Assembly: GCF_030028105.1 (NCBI RefSeq)
Contig: NC_092376.1
Location: 179,962,080-180,026,079, forward strand
Length of the DNA stretch: 64,000 bases
Source of the DNA: Mobula birostris
Taxonomy: Eukaryota
Reading direction: 5' to 3'
Shown piece after piece: positions 13,536 to 26,200 of the stretch. The position numbers and the translations under genes are program-made. Below the pieces are notes generated by a model. It saw only the letters and a list, made by a program, of their open reading frames with translations. It searched no databases and was not told where the DNA came from. The first letter of the stretch is position 1, and each line of letters starts with the position of its first letter.

Positions 13536-13744
13536 GATAGCCAGCAGCTCCACGAGTCCTCTCACATTGTAAAGAAATACGACCATTTCATTGATATAAT
13601 TCGAGCGATTGCCAAGCGGTACGGATCTATTCTGTATCGTTTCTTTTTCTCTCTCACACACACTGTTTATCACTTATGCACTGCAGAAAGGAAAATACGT
13701 AATACTGCCTGGGCCTATAACATTTGGAATGACTTCCACTGGAA

Positions 13745-16204
13745 ATGAGATATAAAGTATATTGGTTGCTGAAATGCCAATTGTTGTTCTGTGTATTCTG
13801 CCTATTGGACATGGTGTGTGGTCAGATTCGTTACTCTATTCCTGAAGAACTACAACCGGGAGCCTTTGTTGGAAAAATCGCTGCCGATTTAGGTTTAGAT
13901 GTGGAGCAGCTGTCGGCTCGCCGCTTGCGGGTAGCGCCCGGTCCTGGTAAGCAGTATTTCGACATAAATTTGGAGAATGGGATTTTAATTGTGAAAAAAA
14001 TTATCGACAGGGAGCTGCTTTGTGGGTCGAATCTCGACTGCCGCTTATCCTTGGATATTGTGCTTGAAAATCCCCTGAGCCTCTACCAGGTGGAAGTGGA
14101 TGTTCTCGATGAAAATGATAATGCCCCCAGTTTTCCGAAAAGCCAGCTTCATCTTGAAATTATAGAGCTTGCAGGACCCGGAATGCGATTTCCTCTTGAA
14201 CCAGCGCACGATCCGGACATTGGCACAAACTCCTTACAAACCTACCGTTTACAATCAAATGACTATTTTAGTCTAGATGTACAAATGCGTCGTGGAAAGG
14301 GCAAATGGCCAGTATTGTTGTTACAGAAACCTTTGGACAGAGAAATAATGGCGACGCATAGTATAACGTTAACGGCAGAAGACGGCGGGTTCCCTACGAG
14401 ATCGGGCACAGTGCAGATTATAGTAGCAGTGAAGGATGTTAATGACAACGCGCCTGTTTTCTCCCAGTCGGTTTACAGAGTCAGATTATTGGAATCTGCA
14501 CCAAAAGGGACTCTGATTATCACATTAAACGCTACTGATATGGATGATGGGCTGAATGGAGAGATAATGTATTCTTTCCGTAGCCATATGTCTTCGACTT
14601 CCCGCAGTCTTTTTGATCTGAATTCCAAAACTGGTGAAATCAGACTCAAAGGGAAGTTGGACTATGAAGAAAGCAACGTCTTTGAAATTAACATACAGGC
14701 GACGGATAAGGGTCCTGGCGCTGTTCCTGAATACTGTGATGTATTGGTTGAAGTTGTCGATGTAAATGATAATGCACCGGAGGTGAAATTGCGGTCTTCC
14801 TCTGCGACTGTTTCGGAAGACGCTCCGCTTGGGAGTGTAGTGGCTCTGTTCACTGCAGAGGATAGAGATTCCGGACAAAATGGTCAGGTACGCTGTCAAA
14901 TTTCAAATCGACTGCCCTTTCAGCTGGATTCGTCTTTAAAGAACTACTACAGAATCCTTGTACAGCACCCACTCGACCGCGAAAACAACCCCAAGTATGA
15001 TATCACTATTGAATGCATGGATGCAGGGGAGCCTCCCCTCACTTCTAAGAAAACCATCCGAGTAGAGGTTTCAGATATAAACGACAACCCGCCAAGGTTT
15101 TCTCGCCCAGTGTACACAGCACATGTTATGGAAAACAACGTTATTGGAGCTTCCATATTTTCTCTGACGGCCGTCGATACAGACGCTGGAGAGAACGCCC
15201 GACTGAACTTTTCTATCCTAGAGTCTCAGGTTCAGAATTTCTCAACAACCTCTTATGTTTCAATTAATTCAGCAAGTGGTGTGATCTATGCTCAGAGATC
15301 TTTTGACTATGAACAATTGAAAAACTTCCAGATTCAAGTTGAAGTGCGGGATTCTGGTACGCCATCTCACACGACCAATGCGTCGGTGAACGTTATTATC
15401 TTGGATCAGAATGATAATGTTCCAGTGATTGTGCATCCTTTACCCGAATACGGGACGTCAGCAATAGAAACAATCTCCAGGTTCACTGAATCTGGCTCCT
15501 TGGTTGTCAAGGTCTCTGCCACCGATGCAGACTCGGATCAGAATGCTCGACTCTCGTATCAGATTCTTCAAGCCACCCATCGCAACCTTTTTACCATTTC
15601 TGCAGACACTGGTGAAGTTTGGACTATCCGTCGAATATTGAACAGAGACGCTTCTAATCAGAGACTGGTGGTTTTGGTAAAAGATAATGGAATACCATCC
15701 CTTTCTGCCACCGTGTCTATATTATTATCTGTGGTTGGGACTGATAGTGAATCGTTCTATGGTGTCAGTAACTCATCAGCAGATTCGGGGAGCATTCCTG
15801 AACTGAGGCTTTCTTTGGTTATAGCCTTGGGAATAATATCTAGCTTACTCCTCATAATGTTAATCATCCTCGCCATTAAAGTTCACAGAAACAGGAAAGG
15901 GATGGTATACCAGCACCGTTCTCTGGGTAGTTGTTGTTGCTCTGAATCAAGAAACTCTTTGAATGGAATACAGAAGACCAGTAAAACCCTTCAGATACCA
16001 CCAAACTATGTTGAAGTATTTGGGGGCGATCCTCTCTCACAAAGATTCCGTTACGGGTCATGTTCGACATTGCAGTCTACCAAGAGGGATTTCACCGTCT
16101 CCATCAACAGTCGATCCTCTGCAGACCAAAATTTTGTTCTGAACGAATCCGCCTGTAAAGGAAATGTTGCAATGGTGGATTCTGAAAAACATAGCGTTCC
16201 TGAG
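13745..16204 (+). CDS. Clustered protocadherin variable exon 2 (820 codons; ORF stop 16240)
   Basis: Same 6-EC/TM architecture; CGSNLDC; donor GAG|GTAAGG at 16204/16205; closest paralog is exon 3. Confidence 0.96.
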
Positions 16205-16499
16205 GTAAGGTCATTTAAAACAGAGAGCGAAAACCTTTAAAGTTTTGCTGGAAAGCACAAGAATTTGGATAGCTACCAGTATATTAAGATAAACAGCGTG
16301 AATCGTGTAGCTAAAGAGAAACACTGCGCTCATTGTTAAATCTGTTTGACATTACTTTTTTTTTGTCCAGTGTGATGTTTTGCAGACAAAAATGATATAT
16401 AATTCTAATATATTGCCAAAGAGTTACAAACCTTTCTTGACATCGCCTTGATTTTTCGAGGTATGGTTACTCCTTTCTGCATTCTTTCCTCCAGGAGAG

Positions 16500-17030
16500 G
16501 GGAACGTAATAATTGTTACTCCTGATCCAATGCACCCTAAAATCAGCACAATAAGATAAAGAAGACAATAACAATAAAACACAATAAATATAAATACGTA
16601 GGATGCCGTATGAACGTAGATTTATCACCCATAAACTGACGCTTGGCGTAGGAGTGTCTGACAGGGAATAATAAAGTAATGGTGGTTGAGGGTGTGGAGC
16701 GATGAGTAAATGGTTGGAGTTGTTGATCAGCGTTACTGCTTGGGGAAAGTAACAGTTTATGAGTCTGGTGTTCCTGCCGTGGATGCTACGTAGAGTCCTC
16801 CCTGATGTGAGTGGGACAGTCCATGAGCAGATAGGGTCAGATCCTTCATGATGTTATATAAATCCCTGATAGCTGGTAGGCTGGTGCCGGCGATGCGTTT
16901 GGCAGATTTGACTACCCGTTGTAAAGCCTTCCTGCCGGTTGTAGTGCGAATTCTATCCCATACAGTGATGCTGCTTGTCAGGATGCTCTCTACAGCGCAT
17001 CTGTAGAATGATGTGAATATAGAAACCATC
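16500..17030 (-). mobile_element. Rex1/Babar-like LINE 3' fragment
   Basis: Minus-strand FYRCAVESILTSSITVW..RKALQRVVKSAKRI.G..LP. Confidence 0.75.
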
Positions 17031-17547
17031 ACAACTTCTATCCAGGCACATTCCAACCCTCAAATTCAATATGCAAAACAGTAATTTTACACAGCTATCC
17101 CTTGTCTGACATATGTGGAGATGAGTCTGCAATATCTACTCGATATTTCTCTCTTCCGATAACCGACTGAGTACTTCCACCACATGCTTCATCTTCAGAT
17201 TTACAATTGTTTTATTATGTACTTTACTGATCCAACAGTATTTTTAAATCCACTGTATGTACCTTTATTTCTCGTAATCTACTTCCATGCCTCCATACGT
17301 CCCTTAGCAGTAAAAGCTATTTTGTCACTAACTCAAGGATGTTGTCCTACAACAGAGATGACTTGTGCTCTCGCGTCCTCATTCATCCTATCCAAACACT
17401 GTGCACCTGAAAACGTGCTTGATTTTTTTTCCCTCTTGCTCTGCACAGCAATTGAAGATTGAGCTAAATCATTAACATTGGTCATCTCTCCACACATACA
17501 GTTTTTCCTGGCGCGTTGACCCAGATTTCCTGTTCTTCTTTTTACAT

Positions 17548-18170
17548 AGAACATGGAAATCTACATTACCTTACAGGCTCTTCGGCCCTCAGTGTTGTGC
17601 GACCGTGTAACCTACTCTAGAAACTGTCTAGAATTTCTCTACTGCATAGCCCTCTACATTTCTAAACTTAATGTGCCTATCTAAGAGTCTCTTAAAAGAC
17701 CCTATTCTACCTGCCTCTACCACCGTCGCTGGCAGTGCATTCCACGCACCCACCATTCTCTGTGTGAATAACTTACCTCTGACATCCCCACTGTACCTAC
17801 TTCCAAGCATCTTAAAACTATGCCCCTCATGTTAGCCATTTCATTCTCTGGCTATCCACACGATCAATGCCTCTCATCATCTTATACACCTCTATCAGGT
17901 CACCTCTCATCCTCTGTCGCTCCAAGGGCAAAAGGCAAAGTTTATTCAACCTGTTTTCATAAAGCATGCTTTCCAATCCAGACAATATCCTTGTAAATCT
18001 CCTCTTCACTCTCTCTATAGTATCCACATCCTTCGTGTAGTGAGGTGACCAAAACTGAACACCATACTCCAAGTGGGTAAAACTATGGACTTATATGGCT
18101 GTAACATTACCTGACGGCTCTTGAACTGAGTCCCATGGTGGACAACACATACGCCTTCTTAATAACACTT
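17548..18170 (-). mobile_element. CR1 LINE 3' fragment
   Basis: EYGVQFWSPHY.KD..IERV, RMRGDLIEVYK, FTQRMVGAWNALP. Confidence 0.85.
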
Positions 18171-18269
18171 TTAGATACAGTTTATGGGTAAACGACTTCC
18201 ACCAACTCTGCGCAACAACAATGTACAGTAATTTGCCTCAGATGACGGTGACAGATTATATAGATAGAT

Positions 18270-18668
18270 AGTCATAGTCATACTTTATTGATCCCTGGAG
18301 AAATTGGTTTTCGTTACACTTGCACCATAAATAATTAAATAGTAATAAAACCATAAATAGTTAAATAGTGATATATAAATTATGCCAGGAAATAAGTCCA
18401 GGACCAGCCTATCGGCTCAGGGTGTCTGACCCTGCAAGGGAGGAGTTGTAAAGTTTGATGGCCACAGGCAGGATTGACTTCCTATGACGCTCTGTGTTGC
18501 ATCTCGGTGGAATGAGTCTCTGGCTGAATGTACTCCTGTGCCTAACCAGTACATTATGCAGTGGATGGGAGACATTGTCCAAGATGGCGTGCAACTTGGA
18601 CAGCATCCTCTTTTCAGACACCACCGTCAGAGAGTCCAGTTCCATCCACACAACATCACTGGCCATCC
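18270..18668 (-). mobile_element. Rex1/Babar-like LINE 3' fragment
   Basis: RMLSKLHAILDNVSHPLH..CNTERHRKSILPVAIKLYN followed by a 3' tail. Confidence 0.7.
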
Positions 18669-19039
18669 CAGATAGATACCCTCTCAGTCGTCCAGAGTCA
18701 AGATAATGTACTTTTTTGTTGTATACAGTTGTCCAGAACGCGTTTTAAACCGGTAAACGGTATCTAAAAAGATGCAATAGATAGATAGATAAATTCCGTA
18801 TCCTTGAGGCGACTATACTTGGTGCACCCTTTCATGTCTGTGGTGGACGGTTGAGCTGCTTGGTGAAAAAGCAAAGATAACATCCATGATAATTGTACAG
18901 CGACCTTGAAAACAATGAGGTGGTAAGCAGCAGAGAGGAGCCCCACAGGGCCCTCTCTAATCCTAAACTAAACTCTGCTGTAAAAAAGTAGTAGTAATAG
19001 TAGGGGACTCAAATATCAGTGGGTTTGAGAATCAGTCTT

Positions 19040-20170
19040 TCAGAAGGCCTTTGACAAGGTACTGCACGAATGGTTAATAATCAAATTACAGGAGGTCGGA
19101 ACTCAGTGTAAGGTGTGCGGATGGGTGCAGAATTGACTGAAAAGCAGAAAAAACGAGTTATGGAGACTGAAAAGCAGAAAAAACGAGTTATCGTTTCACA
19201 CCTAGAAGATGTTAAAAGTGGGTTCCACGGGGATGGGTTTTGGTAATGCTGCTGTTTTTATTTCATATTAATGATTTGAATAACACATGGGAAATAAACT
19301 AGTAAAGTTTACCGCTGACAGAAAACTAGGGAGACGGGCTGATAACATGCAGGCAGCAGAATCAATACAGTTAGATCTGAACAAAATCCAAATGAAGGCA
19401 GACAATTTTTAATGTAGGTAACTTTAAAGTATTACATATAGGAAGTAGAAAGATTATGTATAAATATACAATGGGGGGGGGGGTCTTGGGTTAGAAAGTG
19501 CAATGCATGAGAAGGATTTTGGCGTCCAGGTAGACTCATCAGTATCAACACACCTGGACAATGCACAGAGGCGGTTAAGAAGGCTAATAGAATCCTGGCC
19601 CATATAAAGCGCTGAATCGAGTTCAACTCGAGAAGTTCTCCTCAAGCTGTGTAATGCGCTAGTTTATTCATTTCCACGCCTGAGTACTGTGTACAATTTT
19701 GGTCCTCATATTCTGAGACGGATGTGAAGACAATGAAGCGAGTCCGGAGAATGGCGTCTAGACGCATTCCAGGTCTGCAGGGAAGGAGCTATGAAGAAAG
19801 ATTGAAAGAATTAAATCTTTTCAGTTGAGGTAGACGTGGAATAAGAGGAGACATGATAGAAGTGTTAAAAATCCTTAAGGGTGAGAAGTGGATGCCAGCT
19901 GCTACTCCAAAATTCGCCCATCATCACGGACACAGGGCCCTAGGTAGAGGCAGACTGGTTAAGGAGGGATTTCAGACATTTATCAGGAAGCATCACAGCG
20001 ACTTGTGGACACCTGGAACAAACTATCTAGTTGTGTAATTTAGAGTAGTACCTCAGAGAGTTTCAAATCTAAACTGGACAGTTCTTTCAACACAATATGT
20101 GAATGGGAATTTGATAAACCTTGTTGGGCGGAAGGGCCTGTTCTTGTCAAAAACTTTGTTCTAATGTTCT
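19040..20170 (+). mobile_element. Degenerate CR1 RT 3' fragment
   Basis: FQKAFDKV start; LEYCVQFW and RGDMIEV motifs; TTCTAATGTTCT-like tail at ~20160. Confidence 0.75.
19135..19191. repeat. Tandem duplication with a 30-bp period
   Basis: GACTGAAAAGCAGAAAAAACGAGTTAT at 19135 and 19165. Confidence 0.9.
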
Positions 20171-21412
20171 ATTATACAGTACTTTTATTTCAAATAAAAT
20201 CAGATTGCATGATGACTAGAATGTCCTATTGTACCTATAGTATCGCCGATACTCAAGATGCAGTGGACTCGGCAATTATACGCTCATGCGAGATATTCTG
20301 CGCATGGTGTTAAATGTTTATGTACAGAACACTTGTCTTCAGTTTAATTCACTTTCACTCTTTTCACCCAGTGTTTGGAAATGAGTTCCAACAAGTAGAT
20401 CGGAGATCATTGCCCTGGTGCATGTTGCAGTAAACATGCCCATAAAGACAACTATAATATAATGCCATCCAGTTACTGTAGTATCATTGGCAACTGATCA
20501 GTCTTATGATATTTTACCGAATAAGACTTATACTTTTAATTATTCTTGTGAAAGCATTAATTAAGCGGAACAACGGCATATAGCTTTTACTGCAGATAAG
20601 TGCAAGGCCATGGACTGTATGAGGACTAGAAATGGCGTGGTATACACAATAAATGGGAGTGCCATCAGAAATATTGTGAAAGACAGGAACTTTGGCAAAC
20701 AAGTCGAAGTATTATTCAAGTTGTCAGCATGGGTGGATAAATGGTGAAGAATGCATGCGGGATTATTGACTCCCTTTGCCAGGGCATATCATATAAGAAC
20801 ATGAAGGTTATCGTACCACTTCTTACAGCACTGGATTACTGCATCATTTCTATTGACCACACAATAGGAGGACGGTGACTGCAATGGAGAGGTACAGGGT
20901 AATTTCAGCACGATGTTGTCAGGTGCAGAGAGTTTCAGTAGTAACTTAAAACTGGAGAGTCTGGTCGTATTGTCCGTAGAATTGAGGAGATTGAGTTGGC
21001 TTGGTTGAGTTATACGTTATTAAGGAGAGGGTGAACTAGATAGATAGCAACAAAATTTTCCCCATATCAGAACTGTCAGATCTATAGGTTCATGGAAACA
21101 TCAAAGGTGTTTAGAGGGAACTTGAGGAAGATATTTTTTTCACTCAGAGGGTGCTGGAAATTTGGAATGCATTGCCTAAGCACGTGGTGGGAATGGGTAT
21201 ATGACATCCTTAAAAAGTATTTATATGAGCAGTTGAATTGCCACCCGCAGAAGTCTTTGTAAAGTAAATTAATGTAGATTCATAATTTATGCTGGATATG
21301 GACACGATGGGCGACAGGCTCTGATTCAGTGCCTTATGAGTGTGTGAGCTCTTTGAATAATAATGGTCAATGTGGTGACCTTTGGAAGTAAAATTTATTT
21401 TCAGGTTACATA

Positions 21413-21900
21413 CAGTAGTGCTAGAAATTCTGTGAACCTTGTAAAATATTCTCTATTTCTGCAAAAATATGACCTACAATGTGATCAGATCCTGACGTAA
21501 GTCCTAAAACTAGATAAACAGAATCTAATTAAATAAATAACACAAAACATATTACGCTTGTTCATTTATTTATTGAGAAAAATGATCAAGTATTACGTGC
21601 ATTTGTTGGAAAAATATATGTGAACTTTTGCATTCAGTAACTGGCGTGACTCCCTTGTGCAGCAATAACTTCAACCAAACATTTCTGGTAACTGCTGATA
21701 AGTCCTTCATATCGCCTTGGAGGAATCTTAGGCCATTCCCCCTTACAAAACTGCTGCAACTCTGGGATGACTGTGGGCTTCTTTGTATGAACTGCTTGCT
21801 TTTCTACAGGATGAAGGTCCGGTCTTTGGCTCAGCCACTGAAGAACATCAAGTTGGTCCTTTGCAATCTTGAGACGTGCAGCAATGTTTTTGACTGAAGA
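21413..21900 (-). mobile_element. Tc1/mariner fragment, internally deleted
   Basis: TA followed by TIR-like CAGTAGTGCTAGAAATTCTGTGAACC; minus-strand transposase remnants (IAARLKIA, EEW.KIP-like). Confidence 0.6.
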
Positions 21901-23237
21901 TGTTTGCCAAATTCCCCTTTCTTAAAGTTCACTTCGTTAATAGAAAAGCGTCATTTTACGCTTAACACTAGCCGTCCCCCGCCCCCGAAGCGACACCCTG
22001 ACTTTCAATCTGGACTGGCGATTAAATCGGTCAAGCATCGGCTCGTTCCTTCCTCTCGGGCACAGACTTGGGCCTTGCCTCTTCGATCCGGCCCCGAGTC
22101 CGCTCCAGCAATGGCAGTGTCGGTTATACGTCCGGGACTCCAGTCTCCCAGAAAATCGCTGAATCTCGCCAGCACCATCTTTCCCACATCAATATAATAT
22201 CTATAGTATATATTTTAGAAATAACGGTTTCTAATTTTTAAAGTCAGCTAACAAGAATACAAAATGAATGCCAATTTCTAGTAGCAACCCTGGAACAGCA
22301 ACTTTCGGTCGATTTACTTCTCTTTTCGCAACTTTAAGTTTATATTCACCTCTATTTGAATTCCAAAATAGACTGTTGGAATTCACTGGAGGCTGAAATT
22401 AAAATAGGTATACCCAAACTTCCTTCTCCGTTCTTTGCATGATGATAACCACCGAAATTTACTTATTAGTTCTGGCGCTCTGTGCTTCAAACCTGCAGCC
22501 TTTGAGTTGCACTAACTTTACCAGATAAATTGTCTGCAAAATTAAACCATAAATAAATCTTCGCCAGTGACAAAAAGGAATTCATGATGTGTGTAAGTTT
22601 ACATGAACAATAGGACTCAGCCATTTGAATGATGTCACCTAATAAAATCACTGATAGATATTACATTTGTTCTTTTCTAAATAGGTAAATACCATTTGAC
22701 GTGAACAGGTGACTGCAGTTTACAACGCACAATAAACAGAAATAACCTGGTCACAGTGAAACTATAGTTGATAAAAAACTGTAAATTCTGTTAAGGGGGT
22801 ACCTGTTTTCAAGCCATGAAAGACAATAATAATGATATTCTACGAATTAATGCTATGTATTCAATTAATGATGTCCTCAACACGTTTTTTTTAAGTGGAA
22901 CATTTCTCATCCCGCCGAAGGTCCTGAATCTAGTCACTTGTTCTAGCATTTTCTTACTTTCAGATCTCCAGCACTTCATACTTCCACATTAGGGTCTGTT
23001 CATTTCGGTAAATTCTCCAGATAACTATATGTTTGAAAACTATAACCACTCAGTACGGTCAGGCGATGATCCCTTCTTGACGGCACAGAGAGAGTTTTGC
23101 ATATCTAGCGACATAACCAAGAGCCAGAGATGGATGGATGGATATTCAGGAAAGAAAACCGTGCATTTATCAGAAGTAAAATGGGATCCTTCAGCCCAAT
23201 AATGTTGCTTATATAAATTCTCCCTCTCACTAACAGC

Positions 23238-26200
23238 TGCTATGTACCCCTAGGGTTCATTGTTTCTGTGGATTGTCAGTTTAAAACGCTGAGAGAATAT
23301 AGACTGACTTTTCGACACTGTTGGATTTCTAATGACTACAAAATTGCTTGGTTACTATGGTGACAGAGGTGGAGATGTTTGATGGACAATGAATGTTTAT
23401 GGTTTCATGCAGCTTGTTTTGAATAAGCAAGGTCAGATGATCCTCTTACAGACACACACATGGCAGAGTCGAGATGATTTCGATCAATGAAAGACACCAG
23501 TAGGTTGGGTCGCTGGTTTATACTTTCAGTAAACCAGAAGGGGTGAGTTAAGATCGATCCAGACTATTGATAATTGACTCTCACAAGTGCTGCAACTATT
23601 AGAAGTTTGTAGAGACGAGGGGAGAGGTCGTTTTGAAACAGGAGAAACCTAGCGACAAAGAGGTCACTGTTTGGACTCTCTCCAAGTAGCTCATAAAGGC
23701 CAGTTTGATTCCATTCAAATACGAAAATGTGATTGTCACGTAGTTAGTCCACAGGAGTGGATTCTCAGATGAGTGGAGACCTTTGTAAATACCACGTGTG
23801 TGTTTACACTTTGTCTGGGTGTGGTATTTCACTAAAGACAGGCACTCCTGTGGGAAATCACTGTTGGAGTTATTTCGTATGTCGTGGAACTGGATAGGTG
23901 GCTATGAAGTTGTGTCACCATGTGGAATCTACCAGTGTGTCTACCCTTACCTGAGTGGTGGTTATCTTGAAGATGGTCCCCTTTGTGATAAACTACTGTT
24001 GGTGATACTTAGTGTGTGGAGTGGAAGAACTTCGGAGATGAAACCTACTGCTATTGTTATTTTGTACTGCTGTCGTGGAATCTGTGGAATATCGACGTAA
24101 TTGCCTTCTCACAACATTCGCCTTTGGATTACAAATATCTTGCATTAACTAACCTGAGGATTGAACTGAACTTTCTTACATACCATCGTAAGACTGTAAC
24201 TCTTGCCACCTGAGCTTTAATAAATTTGGGAACTTTATGTATACAACTCTATATGTATAACACTGCTGACTTTCGATCGCCTGGTTAAGTTACTATATTT
24301 AATAGTTACTAATAAAGATAGTGGATTTTAACATCAAAATCAGACTCCAGGTGTGTTCTGTGGCTGCTGATACTTTTACAGTGTTGCGTGCTTGAACTGG
24401 TAATTTACCCAGGGTTGCGTGTTCATAAAATTAATTGGCGGCTCGTCTGGAATATGAGCATATTGTTTAGAGTGAAATTGTTTGGGGGCTTAATTGATTG
24501 ATTATTGATCTACCTGATTGGGGAACAGCCCTTTTGATTTTTTTTTGAGTAGAAAATCAGCAGCAATGAAGGTTAGTATTGATTGTTTTCTGGTAGAACC
24601 AGCCCCTGAAGCACTGGATGACGCGAAGAGGGATGTGCTGTTGGGAGTTGCTCAAAAGTTAAAACTTAAGGTGACCACTAAAATGAGGAAGGCTCAGATA
24701 CAGACGTTAATAGCACAGTTTTATATATCCAAGGGAAAATTTGAAGAGGGTGTGTTGGAAATGTTTGCTGAAAGTAAACCTACTGAGGCTGAGCTTCAGC
24801 TCCAGTTAGAAAAATTAAAGTGTCAACATGAGTTGCAACTAGAACAGCTCGAGGTTGAAGAGCCAGAAAAACAGAGAGAAGAAGCAGAAAGGCAGAGGCG
24901 GTATGATGTAGAAGAGGCAGGAAAATAGAGAGAGTTCGAGAAGGAGAGATGGCAACAAGGATGTCACATGCCAGATCTTGATGATAAGTTTAGTGTCAGT
25001 CGAGAAATTAAGTTGGTACCTCCATTTTAAGGAGCAGAAGTTGATAAGTACTTCCTGCATTTTGAAAAGGTGACCCAGAATCGGAAGTGGCCGAGGGACC
25101 AGTGGGCTGTTTTGTTACAACGTGTAATTAAAGGGAAAGCCCAGCAAGCGTGTTCTGCTATGACACTGGCAGAAGCAATTGATCTTAAGATGCCGTGCTT
25201 AAGGTTTATGAGTTAGTTCCGGAGGCATACAGACCTAAGTTTAGAGATTTGAGGAAATCTGGGAACCAAACATATGTGGAGTTTGCCTGTGAGAAACTTG
25301 TGTACTTCAATCGTTGGTGTACCATGAAAGGGGCGAATGAGGATATTAACAACTTGAAAGAGTTGGTGTTGATTGAGGAATTTAAAAGTTGCTTCCCTGA
25401 TGAAGTAAATATATACCTAGATGAAAAGGATGCTGTCACTTTGCAGGAGTCTGCTAGACTGGCAGATGAGTATGATTTAACCCAGAAGGTTAAGTTTAAC
25501 CTGAATGAAAGCTTCCAAGAGAGTAGCTGGGATGATCAGGGTGAATTGGAATTTGAAGCTGACACTCGTGATGAAAGCGAGGAAGAGCAGGCAGTCCCAA
25601 TTGCCTGTGTTCAGGTTGTTGAAGCATCTGTAAATCTGCAGGATGCTGAACATGGTGTTGAAACTCAGTTAAAACCTGAGATGTCGGATTTGGTTGAAAA
25701 GGAATTCAGTCATTTTGTGAAGTCTGGATTGGTTTCAAAACCTTTGACCTTGCTGAGAGAAAGAGGTCTCTCTGATGCTGAGAAAGTGCCTGCTAGTCTA
25801 ATGAATTTTGTCTTGGAATTTAGAAATAAACAACTTGGTGATGTTTTTCCAATTTGTAATTTGGAGAGACAGGGTTTGGAGACAGGTATATGGAGGAATT
25901 TAAGTGGGGGATTATATGGGAGGTAGGATTTAACGGTTGGCACAACATTGTGGGCCAAAGGGCCTGTACTGTGCTGTACTATTCTATGTTCTATGTTCTA
26001 AAACAAAGAGAAGTGTTGTTTTGACCAAGAGGGACCATCTGTGAATGTTACTATGGGAACATGTAAACCAGAGATCTTGAAAATGGAACAAAGGACTTGT
26101 TTGGAAGTTTAATGAATGTGCTTAGTTTAGAAAACATGAGTGATGAGTCGGCACCTGTGCAGGATAACGTTCAGGCACTCTGTGAAGGTCCTATGCGAGT

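Noticed and set aside
25195-25926. 243-aa ORF as a domesticated SCAN/gag gene
   Set aside because: It lies between two LTRs, the upstream gag has stops and frameshifts, and the ORF ends in a CR1 tail
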